Shown: positions 17,088 to 26,220, counted from the stretch's first letter. The stretch: DNA of 32,000 bases from an uncultured archaeon (GCA_964354495.1 CAYHAA010000011.1:60001-92000); one strand, 5' to 3'. Numbers and translations: made by a program. Notes: a model not told the origin generated them from the sequence alone.

Positions 17088-17606
17088 CTATTTGTCTAGT
17101 CCAAGTTCTCTACGTTTTTCTTCCCCAACACGCTCTATCTCACGCGCTTTCTGTTCTTCCATCTCTCTGGCTTTATCTTTCTTGGCTCTTTCGACAAGCT
17201 TCTCTTTTTCCTTGTCGAGTTCACGGAAGCGTTTCTCCTTGACTTTCTCAGCGTCCTTAATGCGTGTCTTGAGAATCTCTATTGCTTTCTTCTTCTCCGA
17301 TACAGTCTTGTCTCTTCGCTTCAACTGATCTTCGTATTTCTTGTCTGCATCTCGCCATTCTTGCTCAACAGATTTCAGTCGACTTCTAAGAGACTCGTAT
17401 GCCTCTCTCTTTGAGCTCACTGCCGCTGCATGTGGTGCTAGCTCAGCGTCAAGTTTCGACTCAAGTCCCTCTAGTTCCATCTCTTCCCTTTGAAGGTCCG
17501 TCTTGAACGTTCTAATATCGGCATCAATCTTCTCCACTTTTTTATCCTGCGAATATTCTGAATCGACCATAGCAATCATGCGACGATGAACACTGTGGTA
17601 TTTCAC
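17088..17606 (-). CDS. Highly charged coiled-coil hypothetical protein (start possibly 17570)
   Basis: Almost wholly helical K/E/R/D-rich sequence; fits tightly between flanking minus-strand genes. Confidence 0.6.
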   Translation of the reverse strand: MKYHSVHRRMIAMVDSEYSQDKKVEKIDADIRTFKTDLQREEMELEGLESKLDAELAPHAAAVSSKREAYESLRSRLKSVEQEWRDADKKYEDQLKRRDKTVSEKKKAIEILKTRIKDAEKVKEKRFRELDKEKEKLVERAKKDKAREMEEQKAREIERVGEEKRRELGLDK

Positions 17607-17619
17607 CTTTACCCAAGTT

Positions 17620-18276
17620 TCACTCTAGCCTTCCTATGCCTGAGGAGAGGGCAAATTCCCTCATTATTGTCCTCTCGGCTCGTCTAAGACGTTCTTGAAA
17701 GGCTACTCGTCTAATTCCGACACCATTCGCAAGTTGTTCGATTTCGCATTGGCGAGGTATCTCATAGTACCCCCTCATGTAGGCACTCCCGAATGCTTCC
17801 TCTTGCTTGCTCGTGAGCAACCAGGTACTCATTCTACTCGGATGTCTACGTATGCCCTCCAGTGCAACTGAGGTGAACCTGCTTCTGAGATTGTCATACA
17901 GTCTGGAGAACTCCTCTTGTGATGGAGCGAGAATCGTATGTGTTTGCTTCCCATCTGCAATGATGATTGGAAGTCTTGTCATGCATCCGCTCTCCAACAC
18001 AGTTTCGTGAATCGACTTGTTTCGCATGTGATGAATCGCTCTTGTCCAGTACTGTGTTTCTGATCGATGAGAAATCTCAAACTTGCGAATGCTCTTCGAA
18101 CGTTTCATGAATTTGACATATTGCTTCAAAGGGGTTTCTGTGCCATCAAGTGATTCTATAATACCGAATCCCTCTGGTCCGTTGATCGCGATGAGACTTA
18201 CCCTGACTGGAATGGCTCGAGTAATCTCACATGAATAGTAATTCTCTGATGCGATTCGGAGTACCGCCTCTATCAT
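17620..18276 (-). CDS. Bat/HTH_10-type archaeal transcription regulator
   Basis: C-terminal LTSKQEEAF...RGYYEIPRQCEIEQLANGVGI...ERLRRAE is the HTH_10 signature. Start placed at MIEAV (ORF track starts at 18318). Confidence 0.85.
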   Translation of the reverse strand: MIEAVLRIASENYYSCEITRAIPVRVSLIAINGPEGFGIIESLDGTETPLKQYVKFMKRSKSIRKFEISHRSETQYWTRAIHHMRNKSIHETVLESGCMTRLPIIIADGKQTHTILAPSQEEFSRLYDNLRSRFTSVALEGIRRHPSRMSTWLLTSKQEEAFGSAYMRGYYEIPRQCEIEQLANGVGIRRVAFQERLRRAERTIMREFALSSGIGRLE

Positions 18277-18358
18277 AATTAAGCACCCGTCGTGTGACGG
18301 GTATAGGTATATCCCCACTTTAGGTTATCGATGAACCAAGATATTCTCGGAGCCACGA

Positions 18359-19303
18359 GTGTTGATTGAGTCTGGGCCTGAACCCAAGGAAGCGAATCCA
18401 CGAGTTCGTCTGATTGCTGTCGTTGAGGCATGCTTTGTGGCTTTCCTTTGGTCCACTTCATGGGTAATCATAAAATTCGGGCTTGAAGAGATACCCCCTT
18501 TGATCTTCGCTGGACTCAGGTACTCCATTGCTTCTGTACTTCTACTAGTCGTGATTGGAGCTCGTTCTCACACCCGAGCATCCTTGCGAGGAAGGCCAAG
18601 AAGGTGGTGGCTAACTATGCTACTCTACGGAGCCATCTACATTGCAGCAACTCAGGGCACGCAGTTCTTGGCATTGAAGTATCTCCCTGCCATAACACTC
18701 GCTCTTCTGTTGAACCTCACGCCTATCTTCGTGTTAGCGATGGGGATTGCATGGCTCAGGGAAGTCCCATCCCCGCTTGAGTTCCTTTTTATCATGATTG
18801 GAATAGCTGGCGTTCTAATCTACTTCTACCCTTTAGATCTGGTTGAACTTTCTGCTATCGGGCTCTTAATTGGTATTATCAGTCTTGCCGCAAACTCAGT
18901 TTCGGCCATCATAGGTCGAGCTGTCAATCGAGCACAGGATACGCCAGCCATCATCGTCACCGGAATTAGCATGACCATAGGTTCAGTGATGCTTCTGGCA
19001 TTCGGGTTCGCATCTGAAACTACCAACGTCCTTTCCACGACATCTTGGCTGTCCATTCTTTGGTTGGCGGTCATCAACACCGCGGTGGCGTTCACACTTT
19101 GGAACAGGGCAATGCGGGAACTGAGAGCGATTGATACCACCCTCATGAACAGCACAATGATGCCGCAGATTGTCCTCCTATCAATTATGTTCTTGGGCGA
19201 GTTCCCCGATTTCACAGGTTGGATAGGTCTCATACTCCTAACCATAGGAGTAACTGCTGTACAGATTCTTCAGGTCAAACGAAAAGGCGACAAGACTGAT
19301 TAG
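18359..19303 (+). CDS. DMT/EamA family transporter
   Basis: About 10 TM helices in two EamA repeats; FLWSTSWVIIKFGL...PPLIFAGLRY signature. Confidence 0.9.
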   Translation: MLIESGPEPKEANPRVRLIAVVEACFVAFLWSTSWVIIKFGLEEIPPLIFAGLRYSIASVLLLVVIGARSHTRASLRGRPRRWWLTMLLYGAIYIAATQGTQFLALKYLPAITLALLLNLTPIFVLAMGIAWLREVPSPLEFLFIMIGIAGVLIYFYPLDLVELSAIGLLIGIISLAANSVSAIIGRAVNRAQDTPAIIVTGISMTIGSVMLLAFGFASETTNVLSTTSWLSILWLAVINTAVAFTLWNRAMRELRAIDTTLMNSTMMPQIVLLSIMFLGEFPDFTGWIGLILLTIGVTAVQILQVKRKGDKTD

Positions 19304-19480
19304 CACCGATTATACAGCTGAAGTTAGAATGACGTCACGAATAGGGTCATTCGGAGCAGTAAATCATCAATGCTCGTCATCTACTTCTCCATCATACGGT
19401 CTAGACCGTCGCAGAACTGTGCCTTTCCCCCTTGAGAAAGACTAAAGTGTCACTTTTCCCCTCCTAATCTTGAAGGGACC

Positions 19481-20008
19481 ATGCTTTTGGAGTACAGCAA
19501 GCTCAAAGAAACAGAGCTGTTTTCATTCTTCAACTTCACAGAGATTGGACGTAAGCCTCAATCCAGCGGCATGATGGAAATTCATCTGAAACCTGGTGGT
19601 TTTCAGGAATTCATAGATGTTGCAATGAAAGTTGACAGATCAGAAGGAGTCCATGAAGGCACACTTGTTCTCGATCGGGAATGGATTGGCGGACCCATGA
19701 CCATCAATCCCTTTGGCAAGGATTTAGCCAAGAGCTTTGTCGAAGCAGTGACGCATCCGGTTGACAAAGAAAAGGCAAGCTCAGTGATCTCTACGATTTG
19801 GGGTCTTTCGGGTTCGGCAGACAAAATCCTCTATCTGAGTGAGAAACCAGAGGCTGAGCAAGAGCAAATTGAGAATCTGGCCAACGTGTACTTTGGCGTG
19901 GAGAAGTGCTTTTCCTTAGAACTCGACAAATGCAGGATTCTCATAGAGAATATTCGTGATGTTGGCCGCTCACGACTTCGCATAGTGATTACTTCTCTGG
20001 AGAAATGA
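19481..20008 (+). CDS. Hypothetical protein
   Basis: 175-aa ORF filling the gap between EamA and lplB with normal globular composition; no recognised motif. Confidence 0.6.
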   Translation: MLLEYSKLKETELFSFFNFTEIGRKPQSSGMMEIHLKPGGFQEFIDVAMKVDRSEGVHEGTLVLDREWIGGPMTINPFGKDLAKSFVEAVTHPVDKEKASSVISTIWGLSGSADKILYLSEKPEAEQEQIENLANVYFGVEKCFSLELDKCRILIENIRDVGRSRLRIVITSLEK

Positions 20009-20017
20009 GAGAAGCAG

Positions 20018-20299
20018 TTACTTACTCAATGAAGCTTTTTCGATTGCTTTAGCAATATCCACACTGGTCGCACCGATGAGAACTGCTTTGTGCTCATCAA
20101 GGACGCTCTGGATTTTCGAGGACAGAATCTGAACATCCACACTGCAGCCAACTATCTTGTCTTCTATTGCTTCAATGGTTGATTCCGGGTGAAGAAAGAA
20201 ATCGCCTAGTATTGTTATCGACTTGATCATCTTGCCCTCTAGGTTCATCTTGATTCTCAACATCTTTCCTCCTTGGACTTTGTAGTCAGCGATTTTCAT
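20018..20299 (-). CDS. lplB: Lipoate-protein ligase small subunit (stand-alone C-terminal domain, LplB)
   Basis: YKVQGGKMLRI...ITILGDFFLHP signature of the LplA C-terminal domain. Confidence 0.85.
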   Translation of the reverse strand: MKIADYKVQGGKMLRIKMNLEGKMIKSITILGDFFLHPESTIEAIEDKIVGCSVDVQILSSKIQSVLDEHKAVLIGATSVDIAKAIEKASLSK

Positions 20300-20305
20300 G
20301 AAAGT

Positions 20306-21073
20306 TCACCTCTTGAAGTTCCATTCTCGAGTTGAGTATTTTTCTACAACCAGACGACTGGCTGTGTCCCGTTCGTTCTTGGTGAGATGTCCTCGAACCA
20401 GTTCTATGCCTAATGCCTCCGAGAAACCAGTCTGCAATGCGTTTCTAAGTTCATTCATTGAAACTTTTCTACCTAGAACCTCTCTGATTGAGGTCACACG
20501 TTGCTTTACGTCTGCTATCATCTTGTCAGAGATCTTTTCCTTGGGAACCTTCAAGGCTTGAAACATCATGTTGACATCTAGGTCTAGCAGTACTGTTCCA
20601 TGTTGAAGTATGCAGGAATGCCGCCTCGTTTGAGCATTACCTGACACTTTCTTTCCCCCTACTGTGACATCATTGATCGGCATGAATTCCGACTTGATAC
20701 CCAAGTGGTCAAGTCCAGAAATTAGACCGTTGCAGAGGATTCGATAGGAGTCATTTATGTCATCTGGTCCCAGTCTGTGTTCTCTGGGAATAATGATACT
20801 ATACGTGATTTCTCCCGCACAATCGTGATAGACTGCCCCGCCGCCCGTTATCCTACGAATAACATCAATGTTCTGAGAATGACAGAATTGTGTATCCACC
20901 TCATCCATCATGCCCTGAAAAGTACCAATCGATACTGCAGAAGGAGACCATCGGTAGAGTCGTAGCGTTGGTCCTGCGTTGCCATCTTTCATGCAGAGCA
21001 TGACTGCTTCATCAATAGCCATATTCTCAAAGGCTGTATGTGCTTTTAGGTCGATGAATCGGAACTCCTCCAT
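20306..21073 (-). CDS. lplA: Lipoate-protein ligase catalytic subunit
   Basis: NMAIDE, RRITGGGAVYHD, ND...KKVSGNAQ, QHGT motifs of the BPL/LplA/LipB family. Confidence 0.93.
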   Translation of the reverse strand: MEEFRFIDLKAHTAFENMAIDEAVMLCMKDGNAGPTLRLYRWSPSAVSIGTFQGMMDEVDTQFCHSQNIDVIRRITGGGAVYHDCAGEITYSIIIPREHRLGPDDINDSYRILCNGLISGLDHLGIKSEFMPINDVTVGGKKVSGNAQTRRHSCILQHGTVLLDLDVNMMFQALKVPKEKISDKMIADVKQRVTSIREVLGRKVSMNELRNALQTGFSEALGIELVRGHLTKNERDTASRLVVEKYSTREWNFKR

Positions 21074-21076
21074 AGC

Positions 21077-22063
21077 TCACACCAGCTGGGTCTCTTGAAT
21101 TGCAGCAAGGATTTCCTTCTTGTTCAATGGTCTTGGATAGTTATACATTGGACCTTGAGGTCTCTCGTTATAATATGGCCGGTTGCATCCTTCGCATCCC
21201 GTCACCTGAAACGCCTCTCCGGAAGACAAAGCGCTAGTCATCGATTTGTGTTCGATATCTATCGTCAGTCTTCCGTTGTCATCTTTTCCGATTTGTTTGG
21301 AGCTAAGGCCTCCTTTGGAGGCGAGATGTCTGACGACTTGGATTCTTCTGTACGAGGACAGAGATGGAGGTTCGGCTCTCTCTAGGGAAGTACCTCTGAT
21401 GCTTGTGAATGCAAAGAGGCCCACACCAATCCCCATTTTGTACATCAGCAGGATGAAATCCGCTGCCTCTTTCTCAGTTTCCCCCAGACCAATGATGAGA
21501 TGTGTTGTAACATTCCCCTTACCAAAGACCTCTAGTGCCTCTCGTAGAGCATTAACATGGCGATCCCATCGATAAGGAGTGCCACGCCTTTCACCCTTTA
21601 TTTCTTCGAAGAGTGACGGGGTACTCGCATCAAGTGCAATCCCGATATTCGTTACGCCAGCCTCTCTCAGTCTGTTGAGGTCATCTCTATCCACAGGATG
21701 AATTGCCACTGATATCGGGAGCTTGGTCAACTCACGTAGTCTTCCCACAATATCGACTACATCGTCCACGACAGATGCATAGCAGATGGTCTGAATACAA
21801 ACACGTCTGAACTGACTGCGTTCGGGCCAGGCTCTCGTGACTTCATTGATATTATAATCCGGCCAAGATATTCTGGATAATCTATCCGATGCAGAAGAGC
21901 TGTCCCTAGCTTGAGGGCAAAACGCGCAGTTCGATTCGCATTTGCCATCACGATAGGTCATCAGAAAGGCAGTTGTGAAATATGGGTTTGAAGTACCTGT
22001 TTCTAGTCCAAACTCGATAGCTGTTCCTATCGATAGACGCACTCTCTCAACCACTGGCATCAA
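21077..22063 (-). CDS. lipS2: Radical SAM protein, biotin-synthase-like, probable LipS2-type lipoyl synthase subunit
   Basis: CESNCAFC (CxxxCxxC) and C-terminal TGCEGCNRP, resembling the LipS2 TxGCPxC(N/D)RP motif; adjacent to lplA/lplB. Confidence 0.75.
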   Translation of the reverse strand: MMPVVERVRLSIGTAIEFGLETGTSNPYFTTAFLMTYRDGKCESNCAFCPQARDSSSASDRLSRISWPDYNINEVTRAWPERSQFRRVCIQTICYASVVDDVVDIVGRLRELTKLPISVAIHPVDRDDLNRLREAGVTNIGIALDASTPSLFEEIKGERRGTPYRWDRHVNALREALEVFGKGNVTTHLIIGLGETEKEAADFILLMYKMGIGVGLFAFTSIRGTSLERAEPPSLSSYRRIQVVRHLASKGGLSSKQIGKDDNGRLTIDIEHKSMTSALSSGEAFQVTGCEGCNRPYYNERPQGPMYNYPRPLNKKEILAAIQETQLV

Positions 22064-23046
22064 CTCTCATGACGATCTTCATGCCTTGTCCGATCTCGCA
22101 CAGGCTCTATTTCTAGTATGCCGGTATTATCGTCTTCAAGGAGGTGTCTGAAACCCCCATAACGTTTTGGAATAAGGATGAGTTGAGGCATGCCCCTCCT
22201 CTTGTACTGAGGCGGATAGAGGAAACAGGACAATCCACGCAACTCAATTCCGTCAAACGAAGTCCTTATTGAAGGCCCTCTTCTGAAGTAGGTGACTCGG
22301 CCCCGACTAGATGCAGCAGTACCTACTTGGTTGTTCCCTACACAGACAGCCTCCCCGGCATCTATGCTGTTTCTGCCCAGGACACCACCGTGCTGGTAAT
22401 GGGACAGCCCTCCATCGATGATGCCCATTGCGGAGCCGCTTGCATCTTGCGCGGATAGACCACTGAGATCACCAATCTCTGTGTGAATGTCTTGTTGAGG
22501 ATATCCAATGGCATGGCCATCAGTGACCTCTGTGATTATCATCTCTATGTTTGATGGAGCAGTGCCTACTCGATGAGGCTCAATCTCCATTCGGACGTCA
22601 AGAAGTATTGATTTGCTCGAGCGTGTGAAGTTGCTTGCTGCCATGGATTCGACGTGATAATGCGGACCCGTCCAATAGTTGAAGTATCGAGACCGAATCG
22701 TGCGCCCGATTTCGTCTCCCTCGTCGACCTTGTTACCTTCACGAACTGCAGGCGCAACATGCATTACTCGCACGATATCCGATTCTGCATTCTCTGGTGC
22801 GAGCGCAATACCGTAATCGAAATCGTCTGTAGGAAATGGCTTGATACTTCCCATGTGTAGCTTCTTGATCCTTATTACTCGACCTGAAACAGGAGCTAGG
22901 ACAGGACCACCCCATTCCTGATGTCGAGGATAGATATCGACAGCAGTTCCAAGACCATGTCCAATGTATGGGCTATTGAAATAGGAGAAGTACGCATCAT
23001 CTGGAGCTCGTATCTCCATTCCCTTCGCGGCTGCAACAATGCGCAT
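22060..23046 (-). CDS. Archaeal M23/LytM-like metallopeptidase-fold protein with unknown C-terminal domain
   Basis: H-x6-D (HGLGTAVD), PVLAPVSGRV, RVMHV, EGNKVDEGDEIG, TGPHYHVE. Start placed at MRIV after GAGGAG (ORF track starts at 23085). Confidence 0.65.
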   Translation of the reverse strand: MRIVAAAKGMEIRAPDDAYFSYFNSPYIGHGLGTAVDIYPRHQEWGGPVLAPVSGRVIRIKKLHMGSIKPFPTDDFDYGIALAPENAESDIVRVMHVAPAVREGNKVDEGDEIGRTIRSRYFNYWTGPHYHVESMAASNFTRSSKSILLDVRMEIEPHRVGTAPSNIEMIITEVTDGHAIGYPQQDIHTEIGDLSGLSAQDASGSAMGIIDGGLSHYQHGGVLGRNSIDAGEAVCVGNNQVGTAASSRGRVTYFRRGPSIRTSFDGIELRGLSCFLYPPQYKRRGMPQLILIPKRYGGFRHLLEDDNTGILEIEPVRDRTRHEDRHES

Positions 23047-23120
23047 CAGATGCGTCTCCTCATTCCTAGCTGGCGAGAGATCCATGCATGCCCAATCGAT
23101 ATGAGTATGCCGTCTACCTC

Positions 23121-24491
23121 CTAAATGACTCTGGCTGCATCATAGAGGAGCGCTACCCTCCCTTTCCATGCTGAAAGTCCTCTTGGAGAATCAGGATATT
23201 GTGCGTAGAGCGCCCGAATATCATTCATCAATTTGGCAACCTTGGATACACGAAGCAAGAGGGGCACTTTCCCAAAACCAGCGACCAACCGCTTGAACTT
23301 CTCACCCGCACCGAACTTAACTTCTCCAGTCATTGATGTGTCGAGGAGGTCGCTTGCCTTGATTATTCGCTTCTTGAAAGCAAAGTCAATGTCCTCATTT
23401 GTGACATTAAGCAAGAACCACCTGAATATATCCAAGGCTGCTTGCTTGGAACCATAGCTCTTGTGATATCTGGGATTGTATGCCCAGAGCGACTCAATTG
23501 AAGTATCATTTCCTTCTATGGCCTCTGAAGCTGTAATCCCTGCGTGTGCGCCTCCAAGCATCGAAGATCCTATGCCACCTCCATGTACCGGATTGACCTG
23601 GCACGCTGCATCTCCGACAAGCATGAAGTTGTCATCGACCATCGTATCAATCGGTCTACGAATCGGGGCGACTCCACCACCACTGTCAAGGACCCTGATC
23701 TCTCCCCACATATCCATCCATATCTTCTTGACGAAATCGTATTGAATGTCCTTCGGATTGCGGTGACCATCTATGGTCATAACGCCATTTCCGACGTTGA
23801 CCCGATTTCTACCCTGAGGGAAGACCCATGTGTAGCCGCCTAGTGTTTCTTGCTGGTTCCAAAATATCTCGAGTATATCGGGGGTTTCAAAGTCGAAGTC
23901 AGGAGTTTCATAGATGTCTCTCCAAGCAACCATCCTGTCTTCATTCGCAATCTCCCTTTCTACTGGCGAAGATTCCGGCATTTGTCTTCTTAGCAGCCCT
24001 GAAGCTCCAGTGGCATCAACAACAATGCGGGATGTGAATTCCTTCTCTGATTCTCCCTCTCTCGTAGCCCTTAAACCTGAAACCTTGCCACCCTTGAAAA
24101 GCAGCTTATTGACACGAGTACATGACATGACCTCAGCTCCTGCACTCTCAGCAAGGCCAACAAACCATTGTCCCATCTTGAGCCTGTTGAATGACATACC
24201 TACCGTTGTGGGTCCTGCCATTCGCATTCTGTGGTCTCTATCTGGAGCAATGAGATCAATTCCGTTCACCTCGTATTCGACAATGTCCTTGGGGAGTTCA
24301 GGTATACCAACTAGTTCCCTGAGTTCATGAATGTGATGAGACCCTAGAGCATCGCCACAAGTCTTCTTCCCTATACTATCACGTTCCTTTTTGTCAATAA
24401 GCAGAACTGTGTGTCCTCTCTTGGCTAGGGTATATGCAGTCGTTGCGCCCCCGGTACCGGCGCCTGCTACAATTACGTCATAGTCAAACAT
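23121..24491 (-). CDS. Digeranylgeranylglycerophospholipid reductase (geranylgeranyl reductase), Sulfolobus-like
   Basis: GAGTGG FAD motif, KTCGDA, GGYTWVFP, GDAACQVNPVHGGG, YGSKQAALDIFR. Start MFDYD at 24491. Confidence 0.88.
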   Translation of the reverse strand: MFDYDVIVAGAGTGGATTAYTLAKRGHTVLLIDKKERDSIGKKTCGDALGSHHIHELRELVGIPELPKDIVEYEVNGIDLIAPDRDHRMRMAGPTTVGMSFNRLKMGQWFVGLAESAGAEVMSCTRVNKLLFKGGKVSGLRATREGESEKEFTSRIVVDATGASGLLRRQMPESSPVEREIANEDRMVAWRDIYETPDFDFETPDILEIFWNQQETLGGYTWVFPQGRNRVNVGNGVMTIDGHRNPKDIQYDFVKKIWMDMWGEIRVLDSGGGVAPIRRPIDTMVDDNFMLVGDAACQVNPVHGGGIGSSMLGGAHAGITASEAIEGNDTSIESLWAYNPRYHKSYGSKQAALDIFRWFLLNVTNEDIDFAFKKRIIKASDLLDTSMTGEVKFGAGEKFKRLVAGFGKVPLLLRVSKVAKLMNDIRALYAQYPDSPRGLSAWKGRVALLYDAARVI

Positions 24492-24493
24492 AG

Positions 24494-25228
24494 CTATTCC
24501 TTCCTTGATGACTTCCAACTCTGTTCCAGAAACCCTTCAAGCTGCGTTGAGATTAGAGCATTATCGGCCCAACCGCACACTGTTAAATCAGGCATTGAGA
24601 TTAATGCTTCTATTGAATCTATCACCAAATCAACCGCGTGAGTATCTGTTCTTGTCCGATACTGTATTCCTAGTTGTGAGGTATCCGGTCTTCTTCCCAG
24701 TATTGCTCGAATCTTGACTCTTCGCTCCCTCGCCTCTAGAAGTTTTTCATGAACCATCATACCCAGAGAGTCAAGGTCCGGAGCAACAAGGAATATCGAT
24801 TTCTCCGCTCTGCCAATCATAGCGATTATTTTCGCAAGGACGTCTGTGCTGCCTCTAATAGTATAGATAAGGGCAGGTATCGTAATTCTTGATATGCTTG
24901 ATTCTTGTAGGTATTTCAAATCCTGAAGAAGCTGCGCTATCTTGGAAGAAAACATCTCCTCAATATGAGCGAGGGGCGCAAATTGGTACACCTTCGGTCT
25001 ACCTTGCTGAAGAACGACTAGCCCTCTCCCAATTAGTGTGTCAAGAACAGCATACAGATTAGCATGATGTATGCCCGTTTCTGCGTAAATATCAGCAACG
25101 GTTGCTGGTTTTTGACCGATTAACGCCAGAATCACTGCAGTTTCATGAGCACCAAAGCCCAATTCTCGCAAACACGAACTTGCTCGCGTCCTGATCTCAT
25201 CAGCAGTCGTATCACTTGAAGTGGCCAT
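24494..25228 (-). CDS. trmB: TrmB family transcription regulator
   Basis: N-terminal wHTH (LYAVLDTLIGRGLV...GRPKVY) followed by a PLD-like effector domain (AEKSIFLV, LVIDSIEALI). Confidence 0.85.
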   Translation of the reverse strand: MATSSDTTADEIRTRASSCLRELGFGAHETAVILALIGQKPATVADIYAETGIHHANLYAVLDTLIGRGLVVLQQGRPKVYQFAPLAHIEEMFSSKIAQLLQDLKYLQESSISRITIPALIYTIRGSTDVLAKIIAMIGRAEKSIFLVAPDLDSLGMMVHEKLLEARERRVKIRAILGRRPDTSQLGIQYRTRTDTHAVDLVIDSIEALISMPDLTVCGWADNALISTQLEGFLEQSWKSSRKE

Positions 25229-25257
25229 AATCTCTCTTTTTGAGTAGTTTTTGCTAC

Positions 25258-26175
25258 TTATATTCTTTGTGAAAGTGCGAATCCAGCAAGTAGCTCCTTC
25301 AATACATCTCGTGCAGCGATTGCAGTGATTCCTGTTGAATCCACGAGGGGATTGAGCTCCACAATATCAGCATACTTGACCTTTCCAGTTGAAAACGCAA
25401 CTTGGAGCAGCTTCACTAGCTCTTCCATCGAGAGACCGCCTGATTCGGGATGGCTCACACCTGGCGCAGTTTGAGGCGCGAGCACATCAAGATCAATAGA
25501 TACGTAGAGTATATCCACCCGTTGGCCGAGTTCAGTGATGCGTGCTGAAACTGGGGACTTACTGTACCCATCGAGCTCCTCGCGTTGTTCAGGTACGGCT
25601 GACCTAATGTCATACGCGACGATATCACTTGTTTTCACAATTCCGTTGTCAATGATACGTCTCACAGTGGTAGCATGCGACAACTGATATCCACCCATAT
25701 CTGAATACAGGTCTGCATGCGCATCGAGGTAGACCAAGCCGTACTTCGAAGGCCTGCCTCGCTTCAGTCCCTTCATTATTGGGTACGTGATGAAATGGTC
25801 ACCTCCTAGGAAGACGAGAGAGCTTGGTCGAGTGGCAAGTTTCGCGCATGCCTCAGAAATGTCAATTGCCGCGGCATCTGGCATGCGCAGAACAACCTCG
25901 AGGTCGCCTACATCTTCAAGAGTGATGCGTTTGGAAAGCGGCTTCGGTGATGATGCTCTATCGCCGATGGATAGTGGATAGCTGTGCGACCTCTCACTGT
26001 CCGTGGCTTGCCGAATGGCATCAGGTCCAAAGCGATTACCCGGCATATAGCTAGATGCAAGATCGTAAGGCACCCCAATGATGCCAACATCAGGTTCTCC
26101 TTTCTTGGGCGAAGGTATACCAAAGAATGTTCGCGGCAATCGTAGGTAACCGTTGAGTTCATCTTTGAGGGGCAT
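25258..26175 (-). CDS. speB: Agmatinase (ureohydrolase family)
   Basis: GVPYD...GNRFGPDAIR, GGDH, DAHAD, SHAT, SIDLD, APGV..PESGG. Confidence 0.88.
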   Translation of the reverse strand: MPLKDELNGYLRLPRTFFGIPSPKKGEPDVGIIGVPYDLASSYMPGNRFGPDAIRQATDSERSHSYPLSIGDRASSPKPLSKRITLEDVGDLEVVLRMPDAAAIDISEACAKLATRPSSLVFLGGDHFITYPIMKGLKRGRPSKYGLVYLDAHADLYSDMGGYQLSHATTVRRIIDNGIVKTSDIVAYDIRSAVPEQREELDGYSKSPVSARITELGQRVDILYVSIDLDVLAPQTAPGVSHPESGGLSMEELVKLLQVAFSTGKVKYADIVELNPLVDSTGITAIAARDVLKELLAGFALSQRI

Positions 26176-26176
26176 A

Positions 26177-26188
26177 GTTCAATTGAAA
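26177..26188. promoter_or_regulatory. Palindromic operator candidate immediately upstream of the speB start
   Basis: TTCAATTGAA (26178-26187); the same core occurs in the 18-bp palindrome at 28693. Confidence 0.4.
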
Positions 26189-26220
26189 CTCACGAGCAAG
26201 ATAAGCAATGCTATGCAATC

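Noticed and set aside
20306-20308. Selenocysteine recoding of the lplA TGA
   Set aside because: The codon falls in an interdomain linker rather than at a Cys-equivalent catalytic site, and no SECIS was recognised.
23121-24491. Calling the flavoprotein LipT
   Set aside because: Full-length resemblance to Sulfolobus-type GGR, including the C-terminal domain, is the better-supported call; kept only as a hypothesis in findings.
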